A stretch of 60,373 nucleotides of DNA, counting the filler, from Squatina squatina (Eukaryota), in assembly GCA_031763465.1 (NCBI GenBank). It is 3 parts of 3 records of this genome, joined end to end, with 100 filler letters (N's around TTAATTAATTAA, not from the genome) between each part and the next. Parts side by side here need not be neighbours in the genome. Positions count along the whole stretch, not along the records: positions 1 to 26,331 come from JARFOE010000100.1; 2 more parts are not named here. One strand, written 5' to 3'. How positions within the stretch are numbered: the stretch's first letter is position 1; each line of letters opens with the position of its first letter. The notes under the pieces were generated by a model, which did no database searches, was not told where the DNA came from, and saw only the letters and a list, made by a program, of their open reading frames with translations. The position numbers and the translations under genes are program-made. This document shows, piece by piece, positions 1-11,705 of the stretch.

Positions 1-83
1 ATCGACCTGAAACGTTAACTCTGTTTTTCTCCCCACAGATGCTGCCTGACCTGCTGAGTATTTCCAGCATTTTCTGTTTTTAT
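1..83 (+). repeat. Fragment of an abundant interspersed repeat, probably a Penelope-like terminal repeat
   Basis: 'gacctgaaacgttaactctg...cacagatgctgcctgacctgctgagtatttccagcattttctg'. A second copy lies at about 21290-21350. Family assignment is from recall. Confidence 0.5.
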
Positions 84-228
84 ACTCGTCCCGTGTCGCC
101 TCCCCTTTACTTTTATTTTAAATGAGGAATTTGCCAATTTTTTTTCACTGGAGTCTATCCCTTTCTCCTCCCACTCCCCTCCTTTGCTCTGCTCCCAGCC
201 GCGCCGTGTGGTTGCTATGGGCGATTAC

Positions 229-432
229 CTGTCACCAGCAGCTCGGCGGTACTAGTCGCTTGTCCTGATCCATTGGTGGCTCGCACAGAGAACCTGCCGC
301 TGTGCGCAGGCGTCACACGAGAAAGGGTCAGCTTCGCGCGGCCGTCGCTGAACGAAATCTCTGCGCCTGGGAGAGCAGCAGTGGAGAGAACCTGGCCATC
401 TCTGAACCAGCTCACCTCAGGAACTGGCAAAC
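229..432 (-). CDS. TTN: Titin exon 3, Z1 Ig domain (GLPVPEVSWFRDGQVLSTAALPGAEISFSDGRAKLTL...ATNGSGQATSTAELLVT)
   Basis: Closely matches human titin Z1. Acceptor ttgccag| and donor |gtaatc, 204 nt, phase 1-1. Confidence 0.96.
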
Positions 433-2686
433 CTGGCAACACACAGACAACAGGGCTCCAGAAACGAGGGCACGCACACAGGCAGATAGAACACACAGCA
501 TGCAACGAACAGAAAGATAGGTCCAATGCAAATATAAAATCAAATATTGGGCAAAATAGTTTAGAAATAAAACTAAGTGAAAAACATTTCAGTTTACATT
601 ACTCTGATTTGATCAGTTAATAACGAACAGTTTGCTGAGATGTGTATCTATTTACGAAAGTGCATTTTGACAATTAATTGAGCAACAATAAAATACTTTA
701 TTTTTACAGAATTCAATATTTTATGCCGTTAAGGTTGTGGAGCAACTGCTAGCAAACAATTATTTTACTGCTTCCTGAAATAATTTTCAAGATAACAAAC
801 ACTTGTAACTGGTTGTGTAGAACAGAGGTGACCGTCCGGGTTCTCAATTTATTTCTCCCCCGCCATTCAGATTCTGACAGCCGTGATTTTAATTTCCAGT
901 ATTGTGTGTCCTTAAATCTGTCTGCTGGAGTTTATGTTATTACAAAAATGACTCCGTAACTTACCACTANNNNNNNNNNNNNNNNNNNNNNNNNNNNNNN
1001 NNNNNNNNNNNNNNNNNNNNNNNNNNNNNNNNNNNNNNNNNNNNNNNNNNNNNNNNNNNNNNNNNNNNNNNNNNNNNNNNNNNNNNNNNNNNNNNNNNNN
1101 NNNNNNNNNNNNNNNNNNNNNNNNNNNNNNNNNNNNNNNNNNNNNNNNNNNNNNNNNNNNNNNNNNNNNNNNNNNNNNNNNNNNNNNNNNNNNNNNNNNN
1201 NNNNNNNNNNNNNNNNNNNNNNNNNNNNNNNNNNNNNNNNNNNNNNNNNNNNNNNNNNNNNNNNNNNNNNNNNNNNNNNNNNNNNNNNNNNNNNNNNNNN
1301 NNNNNNNNNNNNNNNNNNNNNNNNNNNNNNNNNNNNNNNNNNNNNNNNNNNNNNNNNNNNNNNNNNNNNNNNNNNNNNNNNNNNNNNNNNNNNNNNNNNN
1401 NNNNNNNNNNNNNNNNNNNNNNNNNNNNNNNNNNNNNNNNNNNNNNNNNNNNNNNNNNNNNNNNNNNNNNNNNNNNNNNNNNNNNNNNNNNNNNNNNNNN
1501 NNNNNNNNNNNNNNNNNNNNNNNNNNNNNNNNNNNNNNNNNNNNNNNNNNNNNNNNNNNNNNNNNNNNNNNNNNNNNNNNNNNNNNNNNNNNNNNNNNNN
1601 NNNNNNNNNNNNNNNNNNNNNNNNNNNNNNNNNNNNNNNNNNNNNNNNNNNNNNNNNNNNNNNNNNNNNNNNNNNNNNNNNNNNNNNNNNNNNNNNNNNN
1701 NNNNNNNNNNNNNNNNNNNNNNNNNNNNNNNNNNNNNNNNNNNNNNNNNNNNNNNNNNNNNNNNNNNNNNNNNNNNNNNNNNNNNNNNNNNNNNNNNNNN
1801 NNNNNNNNNNNNNNNNNNNNNNNNNNNNNNNNNNNNNNNNNNNNNNNNNNNNNNNNNNNNNNNNNNNNNNNNNNNNNNNNNNNNNNNNNNNNNNNNNNNN
1901 NNNNNNNNNNNNNNNNNNNNNNNNNNNNNNNNNNNNNNNNNNNCTTAGTCCTAACTAAACAAACATTCAAATCTGTTCTTTAAGTAAAGTTAATTTATAC
2001 CACACTAAAAAAAATCACCATTGCACCCCAAATATTAGTTTAAATAAACACTCAATGTGGTATGTAGTTACACTTGAAAGGAAAGATTGAAAAAGTACTT
2101 TATATTCAGAACATTTCATACAAAGTAAATGAATTTGCAACATCTTATAAGTATGATCCTTTGTTTCTTTATAAAGTAAGGATTATCTAACTTGTGACAG
2201 AAAAGCTGTGTTCTAAATTTAGCCAGATAACTTTGATTGACAGTGGACAAGTGTGACATAGCTCAGCATTGATTCCCTTAAAAAGACATCACTGCCTAGC
2301 TGATACCAGATGCATATAATCAGTGCTATTCTTAGCAGTTCTTAATTTATCTGTCAATAGCATAACCTTGAAAACTTTTAACCACAGACCAAACTTTTTA
2401 AATGATTTAGATTTCAAGCACAGAATTCAATCTGCCTCAATATTTAAATATTAAGTATTGTTCAACAAATCCATTTCACATTCGGAAGACTGAGTAACAT
2501 TGTCTAGGGTTAGAAATGATTTAATAAGGTATAGATAAATATATTTTAAAGTTGTTTTCTCAAACTTTTACTGGGAAAACAAATATTACAAGAGCGTATT
2601 TATTGCTTAACATACAAAATCACTTGAATTAATTGCAATACCATGAAAACAAAATGCTGCTTTAGAAGAAATACGGATTTACTAAC

Positions 2687-2885
2687 CTGAATTTTCAAGA
2701 GTGCCTAGAGTTATAGGGCTAAGCCCAAAGGTTTTAAAGCTTCGGAAACTACCTCCTTATTCAGAATTTTTTTAATCGTTATTCGTTNNNNNNNNNNNNN
2801 NNNNNNNNNNNNCGGTCTAGGTGTAGTTTTAGTTTTCCCTGCAATCCCTACACCCGAGGCAAGGCTGGGAATGCCTGGACCGCTC
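2687..2885 (-). other. TTN: Titin non-coding exon 1 (5'UTR), containing a 25-N gap
   Basis: Minus strand GCATTCCCAGCCTTGCCTCGGGTGTAGGGATTGCA...CCTTTGGGCTTAG...TAGGCACTCTTGAAAATTCAG|gttagt matches the recalled human TTN exon 1. The donor is at 2681-2686 and a TATA box lies about 30 nt upstream. Confidence 0.85.
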
Positions 2886-2911
2886 AGAAGTGCTAACATG
2901 GTGGTTTTACC

Positions 2912-3304
2912 TTATATACCACAGCTCTGTTGAAAGTATGCAACATCATTTCTTAGACCCTTCTGATTGGCTAGTACAGTAGGGCATCATGGGATAATGA
3001 AACCATTTTAGGCAACCCAACACTGCCAGTCACTTTACTTTTCTGCAGACAGTGCTAATTTTGGCACATTAGTTCTGAGTTCTCAGTGTCACTCAATTTC
3101 TATGGTCGCAATGAAAAGATTCAATGCAAATACAATCAGCAGTTTTTTTTCTTTCCCTGATCGTTACATTTGTATTGTCAAGTTAACACTAAACTGATAA
3201 AGAAAGAATCAAACCCTTAGCAACATTGCATGTCTGAGAGCAGAAGTCCTGTTGCTGTCAATCATTGATGACACATTGATAGTAACAACTGCACCTGTCA
3301 ATCA
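2912..3304 (-). promoter_or_regulatory. TTN: Titin proximal promoter: TATA (2912-2918), CCAAT (2966-2970), CArG box (3003-3012), two PBX/MEIS decamers (3255-3264, 3295-3304)
   Basis: Exact motifs TATATAA, CCAAT, CCATTTTAGG and TGATTGACAG x2, correctly spaced upstream of exon 1. Confidence 0.7.
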
Positions 3305-6170
3305 CCAAGTCAAATTAGCAAACTCTTCATTTCAAAAAGCTGATCAAGGGTATTATTTTAAATAATTGTGTTGATCAATAGAATTCACGTTAACATAGAC
3401 AATCCAAAATCATTATAGAATTTCACATTTACTTTATGTTGCTATTACTATTGTAAAAGTTAAAATGAAAGCTATTGACTAAGTATTCCAAACGATTCAA
3501 AAGTTCAAAATGTATGAGGATGTGTAATTCAACCTCATTGTGGACTGAATCTAGTTTGTGTTATCTGCCGCAATGGATTTTGATACAAAAGTTATAACAT
3601 TATTGGCAATATTATGAAATACAAAGTCCCTGATTGTATNNNNNNNNNNNNNNNNNNNNNNNNNNNNNNNNNNNNNNNNNNNNNNNNNNNNNNNNNNNNN
3701 NNNNNNNNNNNNNNNNNNNNNNNNNNNNNNNNNNNNNNNAAATTTAAGTTAGCTGTTGAAAATAAAATGGCTAAATTATGTTATATAAATTTTATTTTTT
3801 TAAATTCTGAATATAGAAAACTGTGATCCAGTCATTAGCACTTATTTAATCATAGCTGTGTATAGCATAAGGTGTGTATTACAGTCATTATTAGGAAATT
3901 TTCCATTGCACTAAATGATTCCATAAATACCTGTAACAACTATTGAAGCAGAACAGCACACTTCTCCTCCTACATTTCTGGCAATGCAACTATATATTCC
4001 AGTATCAGCTGAGCCTATATTTCTTTTCATGAATACATGAGTTTCACCAAAATCCTTTCTCTAAATAAAAACAATACACTTCATTGTTATACATATTACT
4101 AATCTATATAACACATTAGATCTGAAATGTCTGAACTAAAATAAATAGATATAATCAAAACTAGTTCGCTCACATTGGATTTCTTGGGCGAAATTATCAC
4201 ATGATCTTTTAACGGTCTATAAGGGCCAACAGAGAGGTATGCTGCAGCTTCAATACAGTGATGTTTATAGTTGTCACACAACCAACATAATGCTCGTGCA
4301 CTATGTAGAATATGCCATTCAACTGCAACACTACTTGTACAAACAATGGAAAAGTTTGAAATGAGTACACTTACCATGATTTGTTCTGTGTCACTTCACT
4401 GGAGGACACTGGGTATAATGTATTTTGGCTCTTTATTGCTCGAGTAGAAAGTGCTCAATTCATTAGGATACAAAAGAGTTTTCAAGATCCTNNNNNNNNN
4501 NNNNNNNNNNNNNNNNNNNNNNNNNNNNNNNNNNNNNNNNNNNNNNNNNNNNNNNNNNNNNNNNNNNNNNNNNNNNNNNNNNNNNNNNNNNCCCACGTAT
4601 GTTTATATTCCCTCTATTTTAACAGTGAATTCAGCAATGAACCATTATCCCAAATGCTCCTGTCAATCTGTGCATGCTTATTTGACATTTAAAACAGCTG
4701 CAGTGTCTTGACTAAATTTGGAGCATGTTGGCCCATCACTAACTTTAACTCTGTATTGAATTTCAGGCCACTCAGATATAAGGAACATAAAAAATATTAT
4801 CAAGTGATTGCGGCACCTGGCCTGTAAACAGGATAATGAATATTGTAATTGAATTACAAAGCAATAATCCAATTAGGGCATTCTATAATGTCACAGATCA
4901 CAATAACACAAGTTTTTATTGGCTGAGCATATGTGCCAGCTAGGCAGGGCAATCAGCTTTCCGTGTCAGTGATTGGCAAATTGATCTGCCAGTCAAACCT
5001 ACAACCACCCAGCTAGGTGTGGGCCCCTGGTAGCCAGACCCCTGTTGAACACAGGGGCTTTGCAGTCTGTGTGGGTGGGAACACGCTTTCTGAAAAAAGT
5101 GCCTTTAGAGATTTTGACTGTGAAGTATGAGTATTCTNNNNNNNNNNNNNNNNNNNNNNNNNNNNNNNNNNNNNNNNNNNNNNNNNNNNNNNNNNNNNNN
5201 NNNNNNNNNNNNNNNNNNNNNNNNNNNNNNNNNNNNNGCACAGTTCATCTGCAAGTTTTTTTAGATTTTAAGTTATTACTTCTATTTTCCTTATCGATTC
5301 AATCTGCTAGATTTGCTATTTTATGGACTATTCTCCGACTGAGTGTGTGGGCAAGCCTTTGCCAATGCTACTTTGAACTTGGCTGCTCGGAAGTGTGTTG
5401 TGATATCATGTGATGTAACCCAGGAGGTACCACCTGGGGCAATCGCCCTCTAATTTTCTCTCCTTGACTATTGGAAAGTGCTTGGTCTCTACTCATTGCC
5501 TTCCCCCACAGACATTTCTGAGACAGGGAACTGAACATGCAGAGATCAATGGTTAAGCATATCTTACATAGCAGAGTGCCAGTATGCCGTACCATTGTGC
5601 CACCCATTCATTTATAATTTTAACATGTTTTTTCAATGCCTCTATTTCAAAACTATTAAGTATTGAATAGTAGAAACTGCTATTGTAAATAAATACATAT
5701 TTGACTGTAGATAATTTTCAAAAATGTTTCTATATAAGAATTAATGAAAAGATATTAATGAAAAAAGGCCATTCAAGTCATCAGCCTTTTTCAGTCTTTT
5801 ACAGATATTGTTCTTTTATTGATTTCCACTTATATCACTATAATTGGACAGTCACAGTTAAGTTTTTATTGGTGTCATTGATTACCAACAGCATTCTATA
5901 GTTAGTGTTGTTCATGTGTGTTAAATTAATAAAGATATACTTTCCTGGAAAAATCTTAAATTATAATATTAGTATTTCCCACAAATGCATTTTGTGCCTT
6001 AAATGAGCAATAGTGAAGAAACAGCAATTCCTGAACAAGTCAGCAGCAAAAATACATTACTAAAGTTGTTAGAAAAACACATAATAATATTGCTTGTGCT
6101 AAGTGCAGATATTTTAGAACACAGTGATAGGCAGCTAGGTGGCAGGAACAGTGATACATATTTACAGAAG

Positions 6171-6456
6171 TTAGGTTAACAGCATATACATAAGAAACAA
6201 GCTAATGTATAGTATACACAACACACCAAGACAAGTGAACCAATCTATAATATCAGTGTGCAAACATCTGAGACTGCAGTTACCTTGTACTTGAAGGATA
6301 GCACTGGAACTGACAGTACCATTAGAATTTTTAGCTCGTACAACATAAATGCCAGCATCTTTATCAGACACCTTCTCAATGAAAAGAATGTTTTTGTCTT
6401 CCTTTTGTGAAATGTTTAAATGCTGATCTGTTGTCAGCTTCTGTCCATTCTTGTAC
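6171..6456 (-). CDS. CCDC141: CCDC141 terminal exon: second half of the Ig I-set domain plus hydrophobic C-terminal tail and stop
   Basis: (W)YKNGQKLTTDQHLNISQKEDKNILFIEKVSDKDAGIYVVRAKNSNGTVSSSAILQVQGNC...LFLMYMLLT* resembles the human C-terminus. Acceptor ctccag|, phase compatible with the upstream exon. Confidence 0.92.
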
Positions 6457-6976
6457 CTGGAGTAAAGAGTGCATTTTTTAAGTCAAGCAACTTCCAGCAT
6501 CATTTTAATAATACCATGTTTTTAAAGAACGTTTAAAAATCAGAAAATTAATTTTATATCAAAGGATTTTCTGCATAAAGACAAAGTATGTAATAGTTTT
6601 AGTAGCACACATGTAAAATTTGTTAAGTATTAACAATAGTCTTAAATAACTTAGGACATGCTTTACAAAACATTTTCAATCTCACAAATTCATAGGAGAA
6701 TAGAATGTTGCAGCACAGAAAAAGCACAGTTGGCCCCTCAAGTGTTTTGTCCACATGACTCATCTATTCTAATCCAGCTGTCTTACTCCCAATGCTCTAA
6801 TATTCCTCTTTTTCAAGCAGCTGTCTCATTCCCTTCTAAGTACACTTAGTGACTCAGCTTCAACAACAGTTTGTACAATAGAAATCTCCGCATTCCAAAA
6901 GCCCTCCAGCTATAAAAATCCTAACCTCACATTTAATCTTTTTCTTTGCAAATGTGCTGTATCTTTACAGCATATT

Positions 6977-7124
6977 ACTATAGGCCAATTAGCTTAACAT
7001 CGATTGTTGGAAAAATGCTAGAATCAATTATTAAGGAAGTAATAGCTGCTCATTTGGAAAATCACAATCTAATCACGCAGAGTCAGCATGGCTTCATGAA
7101 GGGGAAATCGTGCCTGACAAATTT
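6977..7124 (+). mobile_element. CR1-type LINE ORF2 (RT) fragment
   Basis: YRPISLTSIVGKMLESIIK...QHGFMKGKSCLTN. Confidence 0.9.
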
Positions 7125-7833
7125 NNNNNNNNNNNNNNNNNNNNNNNNNNNNNNNNNNNNNNNNNNNNNNNNNNNNNNNNNNNNNNNNNNNNNNNNNNNN
7201 NNNNNNNNNNNNNNNNNNNNNNNNAGCTTCTTTTCTTCTCTACCAACCATCTCCTTAAACCCCTCTCCCTTGCCTCCATCACCCTCACCTCCAATAACAT
7301 GTGTGAGGAGCTCATGGACTTCTTTATCACCATCTGTTCAGCTGCCTCTGCCACATTCCTACCTTGACCAAGGAAGCTACCAGTCACAGTAAACGTAATA
7401 TAATGGCAGCCGAAGGCACCTTGTAATAGTTGTTTAAACAAGTTATTCATCTGTTCTCATTATCATACACTGACAATTTTGATTTCTAAAGGCTAGTGAA
7501 AGAAGTTTTTAACCTGTAATTGCCCTGCAGCTAATTGGCACATAATTTAGTGCATAACAGGAGATTTACATAATTAATTTACTTGTATTGTTTCACTAGT
7601 TATCAAAATTCTCATACATTCTTCAAATTTTTTGAAAATTCTTTGGTTGAATATATGAAAAAAAGTTTTTTGTATTACATCTAGAATTAGGCTGTAATAA
7701 CACTAAAAATATCAGATCCATAGTCAACAGCTCATGTTGATCAGCTAAATATATGTTAATGTCATATGAAACGTTCCCAGTCAGAAGCAGTTCTACTTGT
7801 ACATATTATTGCTGTTTGTTTTAGGTTACCCAC

Positions 7834-8747
7834 CACGTCAAAGTTGGTTCTGGGAATCCTGTTACTTCTATTTCCAAGGTCACAGGAGAACCTTCTACCA
7901 CACTGACATTAGACAAGAGCTTGGAGAAGTTGGGTGTGTTGCCAGCCAGGTTGCACATGACTGTGTTTCTCGAAGTACATCTGATTTCCTCATTGATGAC
8001 AGTATCCATACGATGGCCTGTTTCATGCACTGATTGGTGTACACTGAGGGGCACTGTTAGTGGTTCAGGTGAAGTATACAAATTATTTCTGTTAGAACTC
8101 ATTTCTTTTCTAAAACAGCCACTATTAGCACCATGCAGTGACTCGTGTGTTTCAGTCACATTCTCATGCATATCGTAAGTCTGCAACTGTGTCTCATGCA
8201 CTTCACAGATAGAATCACAGGCTGATGAATTAGTTACCATTTGGGATGTTAAGATATGTGAAAGAGTGCTTGAAACAATATTGGGTGCAGGAATTGTCAG
8301 TGGGCTGTGGATAAAAGACTCCAATCTGTATTTTGTGCAGGGCTCAATACTGGGATTTGGATGAGGTGAGGGATGGTATTCTGATCCACCAGAATCTTGT
8401 GGTCTTGAGTGATTTACTGTATCATCAGTGGCAACAGGTGCTGGCACATCAGAGTTGTCAGTCATTCTGCTATAGCTTGTTTGCATTTGTGGTTGACCAC
8501 TGTAAGACCCAGCATGCAGACTGTGGGAACTTAATCTGGACATTTTGTCCACTTCCGTTTCAGAATGAAGGATGTTCGATTCGGGAGTCTCAGGAAGTGG
8601 AGGCAAAGAGATGTCATCAGGTGACATGCATTCATATTCTTCTACAGATAGGGTTTCATCTACTAAAAGTTCATTTTGTAGATCTCCATCAGTCACTGTG
8701 CTGCCCTCGGTGGAAGGATGAAATAGCTCTGTAGCATCTTGCGAATA
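7834..8747 (-). CDS. CCDC141: CCDC141 large penultimate exon (5' end lost in gap)
   Basis: YECMSPDDISLPPLPETPES and PNFSKLLSNVSVVEGSPVTLEIEVTGFPEPTLTW. The frame is open up to the gap. Donor TG|gtgggt. Confidence 0.92.
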
Positions 8748-10006
8748 NNNNNNNNNNNNNNNNNNNNNNNNNNNNNNNNNNNNNNNNNNNNNNNNNNNNN
8801 NNNNNNNNNNNNNNNNNNNNNNNNNNNNNNNNNNNNNNNNNNNNNNNATTTAATTTAGTTATTGCTTCTAGTTATACAATCTTATTCCTTATGCTTCCTG
8901 CACACTTTAGCCCTTTTTCCTTGTTGCCTTCAGAAACTATTATTCCTTCACCACTTGTTTTCTTTTTCTCAGTGCTATGCTTTTTGTTTGTCCCCTTTAA
9001 GTTAACTCTCTCTATACCTTCCTCCTAACCTCCTGTATTGCTAACTGATTCGTGTTATTTTCTCCCTCCTCTTTGCTACTCTTGAAGACATCTTTATTTA
9101 TGATTATAATGTTGGAAGCCTCAATGCTCTTCAACTTTCCTAGTTTTTGGTGTGGCTTGCCTGTCCCTCCCCCTGCCATACAAGTTTAAAACCTCCCCCA
9201 TCATCCAATTAATCCCCTCTCAAGAGCACCAGTGTCATTAAATTTCAGGTGAAGACATTCCCTTCTGTACTGCTTCCATCTTTCCAGAGTTTGCTCCAAT
9301 GCCCCAGAAATCGGGAACCCTTGCTGAAATAGTTTAGTCTGTATTTGGTGGAGCAACTTTGACATTGTAAGGGGTGGGCTATGGACCGGAATTTGCGGTC
9401 AATGGTAAAGCAAAGGTGTTTGCTGCTGGCCCTGAAGTATACTTGGCACAATGATCTCGCGATCTGTGTCGAAAACTTTGGGTTTTCTGACATTCAGTTT
9501 AAATCAATGGAGTATAGTGGGGATCCCGTAGTACAAACAGCTGTGATGTCAACAAGCTATCTAAGCAGCCAATCAAAATGCAAAATTCTCACAGAGAGCA
9601 AACAACAAAGGGAGTAAGCTCTTAAAATTCTAACTTTACAAAAATATTAGAGAGAGCAAAACAAAGATTGTGGCTCTCACATGGGAAAAAGACAAACCTG
9701 AAATAAAGATGAACAAACTTAAAAAAAAATTTTAAAACCCCACTTACACCTAATCCCTTTGGATCTAACTTTTAGTGGGGAATTTAACAGCGTAATTACT
9801 GCAGAAGACCCAAAGTTTTCATCAGTTGCCCTGATTTGAGTGATTTCACTGATTACCGGCTCTGTTTGGAGGGGTGGGGGGGCACAGCTCAGGCTACATC
9901 GGAGCANNNNNNNNNNNNNNNNNNNNNNNNNNNNNNNNNNNNNNNNNNNNNNNNNNNNNNNNNNNNNNNNNNNNNNNNNNNNNNNNNNNNNNNNNNNNNN
10001 NNNNNN

Positions 10007-10065
10007 TAGGCTCGACAAGCCGAATGGCCTACTCCTGCTCCTAATTTCTATGTTTCTATGTTTCT
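10007..10065 (+). mobile_element. CR1-like 3' tail with (TTTCTATG)n
   Basis: 'gccgaatggcctactcctgctcctaatttctatgtttctatg'. The same tail occurs at 50643-50760 and 53638-53712. Confidence 0.75.
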
Positions 10066-11401
10066 AAGTGCTAAAATCACCTTAAGGGTGATCTTTAACT
10101 TCTATTATTCTTAAGTGGAGGGACTTTATTTTTAGGATATTAAAGGGTGCTTTTTGTACATTGTTTACAAAGGTTGTAGTTAAAATAATAAAGGAAATAT
10201 TTATATGGTTAAAAGAGTACATACTTTCTCATTTTGAAAAGTAATATGATTTCAAATCAACCCTTAATATCATTTGGAAGAATCATGAAGATGATACCCT
10301 AAAGGAACTGGTGGTGCAATAGATTAGAACATTTTCATCTCTGGTATCTAGGTTCAAATGGAGTTCAGCCTGATGGGATGAAAGTTTCTTCTTTCTGCCA
10401 GCTGTAAGAGCACTCAGGGCATTGAGTTGAGTTAGATCAACCCAGATGTTAAGGATGTAAATCTACAGAACATAACTTCCTTTGATTTACAAGTTAACAT
10501 TAAATTGGTGGTCTCGCTCAGTGGGTGGTGAGAGAAATGAAAGTATTCTATTGGGTAATTAAAGCACATTGGGAAAAATAGAGTTTTACTCAAAATAAAA
10601 TATTACATTTCAATTATTCAAGAAAACTATTGTGGTAAGTTATGAAAAAATAGATTTTGGTGATGACAACTGATTTTGTCCAAGCTTTGTCACATATGCA
10701 AAACTTTTAAAACAAATATAAAACTGTTCTTATAAATATTAAGACTCATTTGAATAGTGGATATTGAGGCAATGGTAAAAACCAAAGAAAATACCTCCAT
10801 TAACAGTATTCTGCTCACTGAATACATGGCAAAACATGCAGTGTTAGTAACTTTATTAACTAAGTATTCAAATAAGTCTGCAAAAATAAGTACTCAACTG
10901 AACATATTGTTTGCACTGTGGGTGTCAGTTACGTGCCAACTATGATAAATGTAATACTCCATCTCCACTTAATTTATTCAACATAATTCTTATGTTTTAA
11001 AAGTTGCATACAGCGTGTAAAAAAAAAAGGCTCTGTCAAAAACAGAAGTCCACTTTAAAAACTTAGCCAAAATAAGCAAGCTACCTCCCCAATCCATGGA
11101 CTTTAGATCAAACAATCTATTCCCTGGTGAACTCTTGCCAATTTGATCAATGAAATGTTCTTTTTGTTTTTATAAATTAGATTATATGATTATACTATAG
11201 ATGTGTGCATTGCTGTATATTGTGAATGTTTTTTTAATTATTTTGAAAATTGTAATGCAATATAAGATCAATATTTTGCTAATCTCAGATCTAGAAAGCA
11301 TTTGTTGATTTAAAATCATGATCAATAAATGCATTGTGAGCTCTGCGCATGAATAGTATTTTTAAAAACTTGACATTTTTCAGTAAGATAAAAAAAATCA
11401 C

Positions 11402-11593
11402 CTCTTCAGCTTGTTTCAGAAAGGTTGTGTAGGATTGTAAGTGTTCAACCCGTGCATTCAGGTTCCGACACAATGCTTTCCATTCTGCATTCAGGATAAT
11501 AAACTTTTCAAAAAATGTCTTTTCTTCTGGGACTTCAAACATTTCTGCCTGTTTGATGATGTCTGCAATGTGTTTTAATTCATTTTCTACTTC
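11402..11593 (-). CDS. CCDC141: CCDC141 internal exon (spectrin-like coiled region)
   Basis: EVENELKHIADII...RVEHLQSYTTFLKQAEE is similar to human ...RSQVLQTYVAFLKSSEE. tttcag| and |gtgatt, 192 nt, phase 0-0. Confidence 0.88.
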
Positions 11594-11672
11594 CTGAAAC
11601 AAATATAACATTGCAGTAAGATGTGCTACATTGATAAACAGAAAAACAACAATGTTTTAAAACCTACGCACA

Positions 11673-11705
11673 CTTGAAGCTTCCTTGCATCTCCAAATAT
11701 TTGAC
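11673..11705 (-). CDS. CCDC141: CCDC141 partial exon at contig edge (KYLEMQ)
   Basis: VKYLEMQG matches human NKYLELDI immediately before the next exon. The donor phase is inconsistent (see findings). Confidence 0.5.

Noticed and set aside
902-1970. Long ORFs made of X (also 22098-23177, 47770-48434, 49867-50697)
   Set aside because: They are open only because they run through N gaps.
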